This document shows positions 31,373 to 41,842 of a DNA stretch of 64,000 nt, piece after piece; position 1 is the stretch's first letter; every line of letters begins with the position of its first letter. The translations under genes and the position numbers were made by a program. A model generated the notes under the pieces. It was not told where the DNA came from. It saw only the letters and a program-made list of their open reading frames with translations, and made no database searches. The DNA comes from Leptolyngbyaceae cyanobacterium (GTDB lineage: Bacteria > Cyanobacteriota > Cyanobacteriia > Phormidesmidales > Phormidesmidaceae). The stretch lies in assembly GCA_050331235.1 (NCBI GenBank), contig JBHJHA010000039.1, forward strand, positions 19,651 to 83,650, given 5' to 3'.

Positions 31373-32287
31373 CTAATTTAGAGAAATCACATCTACCCAG
31401 TCGCGATATTGCGGTTCGCGATTTTCGACGATCTTCTTCAGGATTGTCTGCAGCTTTTCGGTCAGGGGGCGATCAGTGGGCAGGTGATAGTTTTCTAACT
31501 GTTTGACAGGGGCGATGCGCGCCGCAGTACCGCAGAGAAAGACCTCATCGGCCACCAAAAGCTCAGTGCGATCAACCGCGCGCTCAATCACGGTGATGCC
31601 CAGATCGCGAGCAACTTGAATCACACTGTTACGAGTAATGCCTTCTAAGATGTCTTGATCAACGCCAGGCGTGATCAATTGCCCCTCGCGCACCAAGAAA
31701 ATATTCATCCCGGAGGCTTCACTCACCTTGCCCTGGGAATTGAGCATAATCGCCTCATCGAAGCCGGACTTTTTGGCTTCAGTTTTAGCTAAGGACGAGT
31801 TGATATAGCAACCAGTAATTTTGCCCCTGAGCGGCAGGTTGAGATCAGATGGGCGCTGCCAAGAGCTGATGCGACAGGTAATCCCGAGAGGCGACAGGTA
31901 ATCGCCCAGTGGCAGACCGTATACAGCAAAGTCATGCTCAACATCGTGAATCCGAGGCGCAATGCCTAGGTCAGAGGTGTACACCAGTGGGCGAATGTAG
32001 AACGGCTCGGTGGGTTGATTCCGCCTGACAAATTCGATAATGGTGGATTTTATATGGGCAGCATCAAGCTCGTACTGCAAAAAATGAGCACTTTGGCTCA
32101 GACGCTGACAGTGTCTCTCCAAGCGAAACAGCAATACCTGCTGTGGATTTTCGGGGTCAGGAAGACCTCTCAGGCCACCAAAAGCGCCGGTGCCGTAATG
32201 CAATCCATGGGTCGCGATGGAAAGAGTTGCTTCCTCAAAGGAACAAAACTTTTTTTGAAAATACGCAATGGGCAGGAACTGTGGCAT
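31373..32287 (-). CDS. ilvE: Branched-chain amino acid aminotransferase
   Basis: LHYGTGAFGG, YIRP, GKITGCY, EASGMN, ILEGITR, FLCGTAA. Confidence 0.94.
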   Translation of the reverse strand: MPQFLPIAYFQKKFCSFEEATLSIATHGLHYGTGAFGGLRGLPDPENPQQVLLFRLERHCQRLSQSAHFLQYELDAAHIKSTIIEFVRRNQPTEPFYIRPLVYTSDLGIAPRIHDVEHDFAVYGLPLGDYLSPLGITCRISSWQRPSDLNLPLRGKITGCYINSSLAKTEAKKSGFDEAIMLNSQGKVSEASGMNIFLVREGQLITPGVDQDILEGITRNSVIQVARDLGITVIERAVDRTELLVADEVFLCGTAARIAPVKQLENYHLPTDRPLTEKLQTILKKIVENREPQYRDWVDVISLN

Positions 32288-32415
32288 CGGTCATCCCTAT
32301 GTCTGTCAGTGAGTGAAAATATTGTCGTAAAAAATGCCAATTTAGGAAACGCTAATGTGTGTAAACCGTAAGATTTACTCCGATGTGTATTCGTGAGGCC
32401 CTCTTGTGCTACAAG

Positions 32416-32991
32416 CTAACGAATAACGCTCATGACAGGTGGCTCTGGAGCTCCCGATTGGGGCCAAGGACCTGGGGGAGCGGCTGGCAGATCAACCTCA
32501 CTGACTTGGGTATCGTAAAGCCGAAAGCCCCGAGCTTCGTAGTTTTTGTAGGCGTACTGGCTGTCTAACGAACAGGTATGCAGCCAGACCCGTTGCTGGG
32601 TGATTTGCCATGCTCGTTCAATCCCGATGGTCAATAAATGCCCACCGATACCTTGCCCAATGAACTGAGGCAGCAGGCCAAAGTAGTCAAGCTTGACGCT
32701 GTGATCGGACTGGGTTTCTAGCTCCACGTAGCCGGCTGGGGTCCCGGATCGGTAAGCAACCCAGGTCTCTAACTCAGGGCGGTCAAGGTGGGCGAGCCAC
32801 TGGTCGTAGTCCCAGGAGAGGCGATCGCACCAATGCCAAAATCCACCCACGCTGGTGTAAAGAAAGCGGCTGAACTCTGGCGATGGAATCTTCGCCTGCT
32901 GCACAGTCAGCATGGCGAGATCGGACCGCTTGGGTCGCAATTCATTGGGCGATCGCATTTCTAGATACCAAGTGGTGATTTGGGTGGCCAT
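32416..32991 (-). CDS. GNAT family N-acetyltransferase
   Basis: YFGLLPQFIGQGIGGHLL acetyl-CoA motif; WLHTCSLD...NYEARGF. Confidence 0.9.
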   Translation of the reverse strand: MATQITTWYLEMRSPNELRPKRSDLAMLTVQQAKIPSPEFSRFLYTSVGGFWHWCDRLSWDYDQWLAHLDRPELETWVAYRSGTPAGYVELETQSDHSVKLDYFGLLPQFIGQGIGGHLLTIGIERAWQITQQRVWLHTCSLDSQYAYKNYEARGFRLYDTQVSEVDLPAAPPGPWPQSGAPEPPVMSVIR

Positions 32992-33025
32992 AGCGCTGCG
33001 ATCGCCCCGTTGATAAACCAAAGTG

Positions 33026-33316
33026 CTACTGATAATAGCGCTTCTCCAGCCACACGCGGACGTCCTGTTCGGAAGTCAGGGTATGACGAGACTGATCGAC
33101 GGGATCGTAAATCTCAAAAACGGGTTGTCCCTCAGAATCCTGCTGCACGCTAATGCGTGGCTCTTGGGAGCCGGTGAAATACCGCAAGAGCGCACTACCC
33201 CAGCGTTGTAGCCGGGCGATCGCCGCTGCCTGATCGCGTCCCGTTGGCGATCTGAGCTCAAGGAGTTGGTCCGGTGATAGCAGTTCTAACCGGGCATAAA
33301 GGTGTTTGGATGGCAC
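33026..33316 (-). CDS. Small hypothetical protein, divergent from the MocR regulator
   Basis: EPRI..Q..D..G...YDP...SEQDVRVWLEKRYY resembles a recurring small cyanobacterial family (recall); GTG start; co-oriented with the GNAT gene. Confidence 0.7.
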   Translation of the reverse strand: MPSKHLYARLELLSPDQLLELRSPTGRDQAAAIARLQRWGSALLRYFTGSQEPRISVQQDSEGQPVFEIYDPVDQSRHTLTSEQDVRVWLEKRYYQ

Positions 33317-33424
33317 GAGTCTGTCCTCTTATCAACAAGGTCAGCTCGAATCGATTCGGCATGGCTTTAGTCTCCTTAATTTATCGATCTTCGACCAGAG
33401 GCAATCAGGCTAAATTGTGTTGGT

Positions 33425-33475
33425 AACAGTGGGATTCTGTGAAACTGTTCTGTTCCAAATCGAGGCAAACTGTTC
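33425..33475. promoter_or_regulatory. Putative MocR-type operator: one inverted plus two direct repeats
   Basis: AACAGT (33425-33430) and AAACTGTTC at 33442-33450 and 33467-33475 in the divergent promoter region. Confidence 0.55.
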
Positions 33476-33548
33476 CTACTCATTTCAGAACTGAGCTGTA
33501 ACCCTAGAGGAGCAAGCTGGAAACGGATCGTATCCGTGGGAGCTGATC

Positions 33549-35030
33549 ATGAAAATCTCTCCAATTGCGCTGGAAGACCATCAAATTTTGTATGAGCAGG
33601 TTGCTGAGCGGCTGCAAACGCTGATCACCGAAAAGACGCTCAAAGCAGGCGATCGCCTGCCATCGGTGCGCAACCTTCGGCAACAGCTATCGGTGAGCAC
33701 ATCTACGGTGCTAGAGGCCTATCGGTTGCTGGAGGATCGGGGACTCATCACCGCCCGCCCCCAGTCAGGGTATTACGTCAAAGCGACCGCGTTACACCTC
33801 CTCCAGGAACCTTCAGCATCCGCACCACTGGTACAGGCTCATCGAGTCGATACCCCACTGTCGATGCGGCTGTTGATGGCCACTCAAAACCCAGCGGTGA
33901 TCCAGCTAGGAGCGGCGCTGCCGCCGCTATCTCACATGCCTCTTAACCAGCTCAATCGCTTGACTAGCAAAGTCCTCCGGGAAAATCCCGAAGCGGCCCA
34001 CGCCTATAGCAACCCACTCGGCGATCCGGGGTTGCGGTCAGCCCTGGCCAAGCGCATGTTAGATACCGGCTGCGCCGTCTCCCCTGAAGACTTGCTGGTG
34101 ACGAATGGGGCGATCGAGGCCATCTATCTTTCTCTGCAAGCGCTGACCCAGCCCGGCGACACCGTTGCGGTGGAGTCGCCAACTTATCACACCATGCTGG
34201 AAGCACTCAAAAAGCTCCATCTCAAGGTGCTGACGTTGCCGACCCATCCGCGCGAGGGTATTAGTTTGTCCCACTTAGAGGCGGCCCTTCGCACCCAATC
34301 GATCAAAGCCATCATGCTCGTTTCCAACTTCAGTAATCCACTGGGCATCTGCATGAGTGATGTTAAGAAAAAGCAGTTGGTGGCACTGCTCAATCATTAC
34401 GAGGTGCCCCTGATTGAAGACGACGTTTATGGCGAGCTCTGCTTCGTTGGCAGCCGCCCCAAAGCGGTTAAAGCTTTTGATACTGAGCAGCGAGTGATTT
34501 ACTGTGCATCTTTGAGCAAGACCTTATCGCCAGGGTTACGCATTGGTTGGTGTGTGGCCGGTCGATACCAGGGCCAAGTAGCCTCACTAAAGTCTGTGGT
34601 TAATTTGGGGACGGCGATCGCTCCCCAGTTGACGGCCGCTGCCTTTTTGGCGAACGGCGGGTTTGACCGGCACTTGCGCCAACTGCGGCGAGCCTACCAA
34701 GAACAAATGGCCCGTATGCAGCAGGCGATCGCTGATTACTTTCCCCAAGAGACTCGGGTCACTCGTCCTACCGGTGGCCATATCCTGTGGGTTGAGATGC
34801 CAGCCGAGTTTGATGCGTTAGCCCTACACCAGGAAGCGCTGACCCATAACATCAGTATTGTGCCAGGGATCATGTTTTCCGCCTCAGGCAGCGATTATCA
34901 AAACTGCTTTCGGTTAAATACAGGTATTCCCTGGTCAGATCAGGTCGACCAAGCGATGCAGACCCTGGGACAGTTGGCCAAAGTGCAACTAGCCCGGCAC
35001 CTGCTCCAGCTAGAGGCCAGAGATGTTTGA
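33549..35030 (+). CDS. MocR/GabR-family regulator (GntR wHTH + PLP aminotransferase-like domain)
   Basis: LYEQVA..GDRLPSVR..STV..AY..LE..G..RPQSGY; EDDVYGEL; SLSKTLSPGLRIGW with the PLP lysine. Confidence 0.94.
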   Translation: MKISPIALEDHQILYEQVAERLQTLITEKTLKAGDRLPSVRNLRQQLSVSTSTVLEAYRLLEDRGLITARPQSGYYVKATALHLLQEPSASAPLVQAHRVDTPLSMRLLMATQNPAVIQLGAALPPLSHMPLNQLNRLTSKVLRENPEAAHAYSNPLGDPGLRSALAKRMLDTGCAVSPEDLLVTNGAIEAIYLSLQALTQPGDTVAVESPTYHTMLEALKKLHLKVLTLPTHPREGISLSHLEAALRTQSIKAIMLVSNFSNPLGICMSDVKKKQLVALLNHYEVPLIEDDVYGELCFVGSRPKAVKAFDTEQRVIYCASLSKTLSPGLRIGWCVAGRYQGQVASLKSVVNLGTAIAPQLTAAAFLANGGFDRHLRQLRRAYQEQMARMQQAIADYFPQETRVTRPTGGHILWVEMPAEFDALALHQEALTHNISIVPGIMFSASGSDYQNCFRLNTGIPWSDQVDQAMQTLGQLAKVQLARHLLQLEARDV

Positions 35031-35039
35031 TCCGGACGA

Positions 35040-36344
35040 CTAAGCTTCTTTTGACACAGGCTTAGGCAGGTTTTCAAGCAAGATCTCTTCTTGGTGTCGC
35101 ACACTGTTCATCGCGGTCTCCCAAGGAAAGGTGAAAGACTCAAAGGAATCAGGCGATATCAAATCATTGTCAAGGTCAGACACCACCTCTCGCAGCATGG
35201 TAAACAGCTGGCGACGCAGCGCTTCAAGCTCCTCTAACTGTTCGGTTTGATTGATCCGCTCAATCAAATCAAGCAGCTCAACGTTGTAAAAGTCTGCGCG
35301 ATTTTTTTGACGCCCCTTGAGCCACATGCGAAATTGCCAAAGGCTAGAGGCCAGCAAAACTGATACCGAAATCATGAGGCCAATCGGTTCAGCATATTCC
35401 ACAATAAATTCGGGTTCGTCGCGATCATAAAATGCCTGTGCGCCCGGATGCAGCGGCAGCCCCAAATCATTGCCCGAGTCTGGGAGCCGAATGAGAGCAG
35501 CCCGAGGATATCGGCTCACGAGCTCGTTGCGGTAAGTGTATAGCGTGGTGGTCAACGCATGGGCGACTTCGTCCGGCAGGTTTTCGTGGGTCACTAAGAC
35601 AGCATTTACCGCCACGACCGGTAAATCGGTGGCGGGCAACGGGCGCTCACCGTTGTATGTCCCCTTGGGAATCATCTGCGCTTCGAGATAGGGAAGCGAC
35701 AACTGCAAAGCAGCGACCTGATCGATCGCCAATAGCTCGATCGCCTCGTCTTGCAGCACTGTCTTTAAAGCTGGGTTGCCCAAGGTGATGACTCGAAACA
35801 GAGCATCAGCTTCCCCTGCTACCAGAGCTTGATAGGCGCTTTCCGATTCCTGTGGACTCACTTGAAAGTCACCCGGGGTCAGATTGTAATGTTCTGCCAG
35901 GGGCCAAAAAAGCGCATAGGAGCCGCTCCCCTCAGGCATCAATGCAATGTTTTGATCCCGGAGATCCGCTACTGTTTGGATTTTGGCCTCTTTGCGCACG
36001 AGCAGGTGAAACATCTCAGGAAAGAGGCGGGCGATCGCTCGCACCGGTCTTTCTACTGGGGTGTCGCTTTGCACTAGCGCCAGTTGAGCTTCGCTATCGC
36101 GCAGCAAACCCATGTTTTGGGCCGACCCTTCAGTTTCGATGACTTCAATCTGAATCTGGGGATAATTTTGGCCCACGACTTCCGCCAGGGCTTTGCTGAA
36201 GGCATAATACTCGCCGGTCTTGCTGCCAGAGGCCAACGTGAGCTCATAGACCCGATTGCGCTCTTGCCAGCTTTTGAGACCAAAGCCTACAGCGCCTAAA
36301 ACACTTAAGAAAACAACAAAAACTGTAACGCGGTTACCGAGCAT
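35040..36344 (-). CDS. TAXI-family solute-binding protein with N-terminal anchor, C-terminal TM and cytoplasmic tail
   Basis: ASGSKTGEYY, TEGSAQN, LVQSD, LFPE, GSGS, PLHPGAQAFY; TM at PIGLMISVSVLLASSLW. Confidence 0.85.
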   Translation of the reverse strand: MLGNRVTVFVVFLSVLGAVGFGLKSWQERNRVYELTLASGSKTGEYYAFSKALAEVVGQNYPQIQIEVIETEGSAQNMGLLRDSEAQLALVQSDTPVERPVRAIARLFPEMFHLLVRKEAKIQTVADLRDQNIALMPEGSGSYALFWPLAEHYNLTPGDFQVSPQESESAYQALVAGEADALFRVITLGNPALKTVLQDEAIELLAIDQVAALQLSLPYLEAQMIPKGTYNGERPLPATDLPVVAVNAVLVTHENLPDEVAHALTTTLYTYRNELVSRYPRAALIRLPDSGNDLGLPLHPGAQAFYDRDEPEFIVEYAEPIGLMISVSVLLASSLWQFRMWLKGRQKNRADFYNVELLDLIERINQTEQLEELEALRRQLFTMLREVVSDLDNDLISPDSFESFTFPWETAMNSVRHQEEILLENLPKPVSKEA

Positions 36345-36968
36345 TATTGTCCATTTGTAGAACGTGGCCTATGTCCGATGCTACTGGAAGATAGAAGCAT
36401 CGAAACCGCTGATCTTCAACAGCATAATCAGGTCCAGTCATTTCGCTCTGACAGTGATACCGTCTGCACAGGGCCCGTGGGCAGTAGCCCCCGAGGCGGC
36501 CAGCTACTTGTGTCTGTAAACATTCCTTGGCTGAGCAGGCGGTTCCGCTACATAAGAACCTCTCAACCGCTCTTCAAATAGCCGCGCGACAATCAACTAG
36601 TGGCTATTGGGGATGATTTGATTGCTTTAGCGGCGGGCAGAAAATTTCAGGCAACATCATAACGCTGATGGTTTTTCCGTCGGAGGCGTCAGAAAATTAT
36701 GGGAGTTTGAGTACAAGCAGGCAAATTCTACGCGTCAGATTACTTATCGGAATTTCTGTAAATCTCTGTCAGCCTTTCAGTAAAAATCACCCTGCTCAAC
36801 AAATCAGCCAATTGCTGATAAGCTCTGAAAAATAATAAAAGCATCTGAACCCAGAGATCTCTTTCAACCCTTATAAAATTTGCTTAATTATGCAGGGGAT
36901 TGTGCCTCAAAATACGGATGGTATGATCACTCCAGCAATTGTCCAGATTTCAGGAACTTTGGAAGCCA

Positions 36969-38570
36969 ATGACTCAAGCGCCTGTTTCACCGATGGTGCT
37001 CATCATTTTAGATGGCTGGGGATATCGAGTAGAAGCTGATGGCAATGCCGTGACTGTTGCTGACACGCCAATCATGGATAGTCTTTGGCATGCCTACCCA
37101 CATACTTTGATTCGTACATCGGGCAAAGATGTCGGCTTACCCGAAGGACAAATGGGGAACTCCGAGGTAGGTCATCTCAATATTGGTGCTGGCCGCATCG
37201 TGCCTCAGGAACTGGTGAGAATCTCAGACGCCATTGAAGATGGCAGCATTCAAGAAAACCAAGCTCTTTTAGAGACTTGTCAGGCAGTACGCTTTCGTAA
37301 CAGCAAACTGCATTTGATTGGCCTATGTTCAGAGGGGGGAGTGCATTCTCACTTAAATCATCTGTTTGGCCTGATTGAAATGGCTAAAGCCCAGGACATA
37401 TCCGAGGTCTGTTTGCATGTCATTACTGACGGCAGAGACACCAAGCCGACGGATGGCTACCGTTCAATGCAGAAAATTCAGGACTTTGTGGAGGCCCAAG
37501 GGTTTGGCCGCATTGTCACGCTGAGCGGTCGGTACTATGCCATGGACCGCGATCGCCGCTGGGATCGGATCAAAAAGGCCTACGACGTCATGGTCAATGA
37601 TGGCGTAGGCGACGATCGCACCGCTGTTGAGGTGATGCAGGCAGCCTATTCTGCTGAGATTACGGATGAGTTTATTGAGCCTGTGCGCTTAGCACCGGGG
37701 GCGATTGCGCCAGGGGATGGGGTGATCTTTTTCAACTTCCGGCCAGATCGAGCCAGACAGTTGACCCAGGTATTTGTCGATCCTGAGTTTGACGGCTTTG
37801 AGCGATCGCAGATTGAGCCCTTGTCATTTGCCACCATGACTCAGTACGACTCCCGGTTATCCACTGTCAAAGTGGCATTTCCGCCTCAAAACCTCGACCG
37901 GATTCTGGGCCAAGTGATTGCAGAGCACGGTCTCAATCAATTTCGGACGGCTGAGACTGAGAAATATGCTCACGTTACTTACTTTTTTAATGGCGGGCTA
38001 GAAGATCCTTTCCCGGGCGAAGACCGGGAGCTGATCCAAAGCCCACAGGTAACTACTTACGATAAGGCCCCTCCCATGGCCGCTGCCCAAGTCACCGAAA
38101 CGGCAATCAGAGCAATTCAAAAAGGGCGCTACTCCTTCATCGTCATCAACTATGCCAACCCTGATATGGTTGGCCATACGGGCAACTTAGAGGCCACGGT
38201 CGAAGCATTGCAAACGGTGGATACAGAGCTGGGACGCTTGCTGCAGGCCATTAGCCAAGCTGGCGGCTCTGCAATTATCACCGCCGATCACGGCAATGCA
38301 GAATATATGTGGGATGAGAACCACAAACCCTGGACGGCGCACACAACTAACCCGGTTCCGTTTGTGCTAATAGAAGGGGAAAAGTTGAAAATTCCAGGCC
38401 ATGGCACAGAAGTTGAATTGCGCACCGATGGTCGCCTGTCTGACATTGCCCCCACCATTTTGGATATTCTGAATATTCCTCAACCTGAAGAAATGACTGG
38501 CCGCTCCATGATTGTTGGTGCTGCTGTGGATGTCCGCCCCAATCGAACCCCGGTGAAGGTTGGTCTTTAG
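36969..38570 (+). CDS. gpmI: 2,3-bisphosphoglycerate-independent phosphoglycerate mutase
   Basis: LDGWG, QMGNSEVGH, GRYYAMDRD, AETEKYAHVT, NPDMVGHTG, TADHGN. Confidence 0.97.
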   Translation: MTQAPVSPMVLIILDGWGYRVEADGNAVTVADTPIMDSLWHAYPHTLIRTSGKDVGLPEGQMGNSEVGHLNIGAGRIVPQELVRISDAIEDGSIQENQALLETCQAVRFRNSKLHLIGLCSEGGVHSHLNHLFGLIEMAKAQDISEVCLHVITDGRDTKPTDGYRSMQKIQDFVEAQGFGRIVTLSGRYYAMDRDRRWDRIKKAYDVMVNDGVGDDRTAVEVMQAAYSAEITDEFIEPVRLAPGAIAPGDGVIFFNFRPDRARQLTQVFVDPEFDGFERSQIEPLSFATMTQYDSRLSTVKVAFPPQNLDRILGQVIAEHGLNQFRTAETEKYAHVTYFFNGGLEDPFPGEDRELIQSPQVTTYDKAPPMAAAQVTETAIRAIQKGRYSFIVINYANPDMVGHTGNLEATVEALQTVDTELGRLLQAISQAGGSAIITADHGNAEYMWDENHKPWTAHTTNPVPFVLIEGEKLKIPGHGTEVELRTDGRLSDIAPTILDILNIPQPEEMTGRSMIVGAAVDVRPNRTPVKVGL

Positions 38571-38678
38571 CTCTGAGTGGGCCGCTTAACGAAGCGTGCT
38601 CTGCAGGTTAGTATGGTTGGTGACTATCCTCCCGATCAGGAGGAGGCTAGTCAATCTGATTTCTGGCAAGAATGTAAT

Positions 38679-38921
38679 ATGGCTGTAGTTTCAATTATCA
38701 AAATTATTTGGGCAGTATCTGCGGTGGGCTTGACGGTGCTCGTCTTGCTTCATAGTCCCAAAGGAGACGGCTTAGGAGCGCTCGGGGGGCAGGCTCAACT
38801 GTTTACCAGTACCAAAAGCGCAGAAACAACTCTCAATCGAGTGCCCTGGACCCTTACAGCCTTATTTATGGGGTTGACCGTTGTTTTGAGTGCCGGATGG
38901 TTGACGCCGCCTGTTGGGTAA
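38679..38921 (+). CDS. secG: Preprotein translocase subunit SecG
   Basis: VLLHSPKGDG..GGQAQLFTSTKSAETTLNR; follows gpmI. Confidence 0.93.
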   Translation: MAVVSIIKIIWAVSAVGLTVLVLLHSPKGDGLGALGGQAQLFTSTKSAETTLNRVPWTLTALFMGLTVVLSAGWLTPPVG

Positions 38922-38966
38922 CGATTGGCGGACTCGATCAAAGCATATTGATCCTTTAAAGTCGGT

Positions 38967-38999
38967 TAAACCCCAGAGCCTGGAAAGCTCTGGGGTTTA
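38967..38999 (+). terminator. Hairpin terminator after gpmI-secG, possibly bidirectional
   Basis: 13-bp stem TAAACCCCAGAGC / GCTCTGGGGTTTA with a 7-nt loop. Confidence 0.8.
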
Positions 39000-39375
39000 G
39001 TTGATTTAGGGGTTCTGGCAAGCCTTGATATTCCTATGCAACAGGGTATACAGATTTATCGGGTTGGAAGTACGGGAAAGACCCTGCTGCGCGTGCTCCT
39101 GGTGATTGAAAGGGTTCAAACTTGACTGAGGCTCGCCATGGCAGTCACAAATGCTAGCCTTCAACCTTTTTTTCCTCTATTTTGAACGGAGGGAGGACAG
39201 GAGGGGATTAGAAGGGCTCCACTGCCTGCCCATCCCCTCAAAGCCAGTTGCCAACGGATTGACAAGACTACTGAATGCTGGAGCGCAATCAAGTTGATGA
39301 CGCGATCGCAGATTTATCGTGGCTATGATGAGAATTCACTCACCCCTTAGATAGCAAAACCATTGTGTCAGCAAC

Positions 39376-39765
39376 TTATTCACCGCAGTAAACAATCAAG
39401 TCAATCTCGACATCACCAAAACCGGCCAAAGCCGTCACGCCCACTGTCGTACGGCCAGGTAGCCGGTTAGGGGTGCAATAGCTAGCATAAACTTCGTTTA
39501 CGGCTTCGTAATAGCGAAAGTCCGTAACAAAAATGCGTGTCATGACAACCCGACTAAAGTCAGTATTAACGTGGGTCAAGACGCACCTCAGGTTTTCCAT
39601 AACTTGCCGAGTTTGGTCGGCGATCGCCATTTTTTTGATCTCTCCTGACTGGGGATCTTCTGAAAGCTGTCCAGTTATAAATACGAAATCACCTGCCCTA
39701 ACTGCGTGGGAATAAGGCGCGACCGGAGGGAGAACATTATTTGGCAACGTGATGTATTCCAGCAA
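39376..39765 (-). CDS. RidA/YjgF family enamine deaminase
   Basis: PYSHAV, FITGQ, NEVY, PGRTTVGV, VEID. Confidence 0.9.
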   Translation of the reverse strand: MLEYITLPNNVLPPVAPYSHAVRAGDFVFITGQLSEDPQSGEIKKMAIADQTRQVMENLRCVLTHVNTDFSRVVMTRIFVTDFRYYEAVNEVYASYCTPNRLPGRTTVGVTALAGFGDVEIDLIVYCGE

Positions 39766-40045
39766 AATAACCTCTTAATTGACCAACACATCTGACTAAT
39801 CTTAGAGAAGGACAAAGATATTGGAGTTAAATAAAAACAACTACTTTATGGTGTTTATCTTCTGCCAACCGAGTAAAACGGATCATATAAATTAAAATTG
39901 ATAATAGTGTCTGCAACAGGGAGAAATAATGAATGCTCCAGACGTAATTGTCTTGCTCACATCGACAAAACTTTTTTTAGCAAAAAATGACCAGTTTTGT
40001 TTAGTTTCCAATCTTAAATCCTGCGCTGAGCAAAAGCCGCGAAAA

Positions 40046-41806
40046 TTAAAAGATGATATCTAGATTCAGTTGGCGAATGTCGATCCTGTAGATTTCAGCT
40101 TGCTCAGCCGATTGACTCAAGAGCCAAATGTGATGGGGAGGATGAAATAAAACCGCTTGGGGAGATGGTAAATCATCAACTCGACCGATGAGTTGACCTT
40201 GATAGTTGAGCAGACGCATCTGACCACTGTGGCTAATCAAAACAAATCCGGTCGCGAGTTCGCCGACCCAGTCTGCAGTAATGTCGAGGCGGCATCTCAT
40301 GATGCGATAGGGACGTAGCCGCACGATCAGCAAGTCCTGACCGTGCTTACCCGATTGTGCTAAAAATCCATCACCAGTTTGCCAGGATATCACTTGATGA
40401 ATTGGCACTGGAATGTGTAACGCCCCCACCTGTCTTCCCTTACGGGTCATGAGTCGGAGACTAGCATGGGGCTGATTGACTGTGATTAGCAGGTAGTAAC
40501 GATCGCCCAGCACCAGCACGCGAGTATCAGGATCGATGTCGCAGCTAGGCAGTAAACGGGGATCGCTGGAGGGCTGTTGCAGCAGGTCAACTAGCCATAG
40601 ATGCGATGGGTGCAAACGCGACTGCCCGACCAGCCAGCGCTGACTACTACCAGGCACAATCTTGACTGGCTCTGGCAACTCCAACAGCAAGTTAAATCCT
40701 CCCTCCTGCCATACATAGAGCTGATGATGAGCAACGGCTATGACACCAGCAACAGTTGGGATCAGTTGGGTAATCGGTGAGTCGAACTGCGGTTGCTGTT
40801 GAGGGGAAGTGGTCAACGAGGAATTATTGAGGTCTTTCCAGGAATAAATGGCTTGTTCATTAACGGCTAAAAGCTGCGCGCTTGCGGAGTGATAAGCTAG
40901 CGCCCAAAGAGAGCCTTGGGCTTTCAGGCTTTGCTGTGCAGGTTGATCAAAGGAAACGGTGGGCAGACAGGCGATTGGTTTAGGAAAGCGATCTCGCAGC
41001 TCAGCCGCATTCAGTGTTTTGCGCGCCGCCGTGATCGCGGCTTTCATCTCAGCAGCACTGCGAAAACGACGGGGAATCAGTTTCTCTATCGCTTTTTTAA
41101 GTACTTGCTGCACTAATGGGGGGATATGGGAGGGCAACTCAATCGTTTGATTGAGATGACACACCATCAGCTGTTGGTAACTTCCCGAAAATGGGCGATC
41201 GCCGACCAGCAACTCATAAAGAACAACACCCACCGCGTACAAATCAGACGCCGCTGATGACTGGAAATAAAAGCGCTCTGGTGCCATGTAAGCGGGGGAG
41301 CCCGTGCCGCCGGAGCGATTTTGCTGATATTCCTGACTTAATCGAGCAATGCCAAAGTCTGACACCTTAGCCTGCCAACCAGTCGCTGTCAAAGCAAGCA
41401 AGATATTTTCTGGCTTAATATCACAGTGGACGATCCGCTTTTGGTGAGCGTGCTCTAAAGCAGACAAAACCTCTGTAGTCAGAGTCAAAATCTCTGACAA
41501 GCTCAGCTGGGTGCCCTGTTCTAACAGATCGCGCAGCGTCCCCCCCTCGCAGTAGTCCAGCACGAGTTGCCGGGCATTGCCGGTTTGGTCGAGCGCCAGG
41601 CAATTAGCAATGTTGGGGTGATCAAGACTTAGCAAAAACCGCAGCTCACGTAAAAACTGATGAGTGGCAAAGCGATCGCGGTTTAAATTTTTTAGCGCCA
41701 CCAATCGCCCGGTTCTGCGATGGATGGCGCAATAAACTTGCCCAAATTGTCCCTGCCCGACTAATCCCAGCAAACGATACTTATAACTTTGGTGGCGTTT
41801 TTGCAC
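40046..41806 (-). CDS. Ser/Thr kinase, SpkG (Slr0152)-like, with a long beta-rich C-terminal domain
   Basis: GLVGQGQFG, VALK, HCDIKPEN, DFG, GSPAYMAPE; last gene of the V4R cluster. Confidence 0.88.
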   Translation of the reverse strand: MQKRHQSYKYRLLGLVGQGQFGQVYCAIHRRTGRLVALKNLNRDRFATHQFLRELRFLLSLDHPNIANCLALDQTGNARQLVLDYCEGGTLRDLLEQGTQLSLSEILTLTTEVLSALEHAHQKRIVHCDIKPENILLALTATGWQAKVSDFGIARLSQEYQQNRSGGTGSPAYMAPERFYFQSSAASDLYAVGVVLYELLVGDRPFSGSYQQLMVCHLNQTIELPSHIPPLVQQVLKKAIEKLIPRRFRSAAEMKAAITAARKTLNAAELRDRFPKPIACLPTVSFDQPAQQSLKAQGSLWALAYHSASAQLLAVNEQAIYSWKDLNNSSLTTSPQQQPQFDSPITQLIPTVAGVIAVAHHQLYVWQEGGFNLLLELPEPVKIVPGSSQRWLVGQSRLHPSHLWLVDLLQQPSSDPRLLPSCDIDPDTRVLVLGDRYYLLITVNQPHASLRLMTRKGRQVGALHIPVPIHQVISWQTGDGFLAQSGKHGQDLLIVRLRPYRIMRCRLDITADWVGELATGFVLISHSGQMRLLNYQGQLIGRVDDLPSPQAVLFHPPHHIWLLSQSAEQAEIYRIDIRQLNLDIIF

Positions 41807-41842
41807 AGCGCTGAAAACACAAACAGGTCAATTGCTGACATC

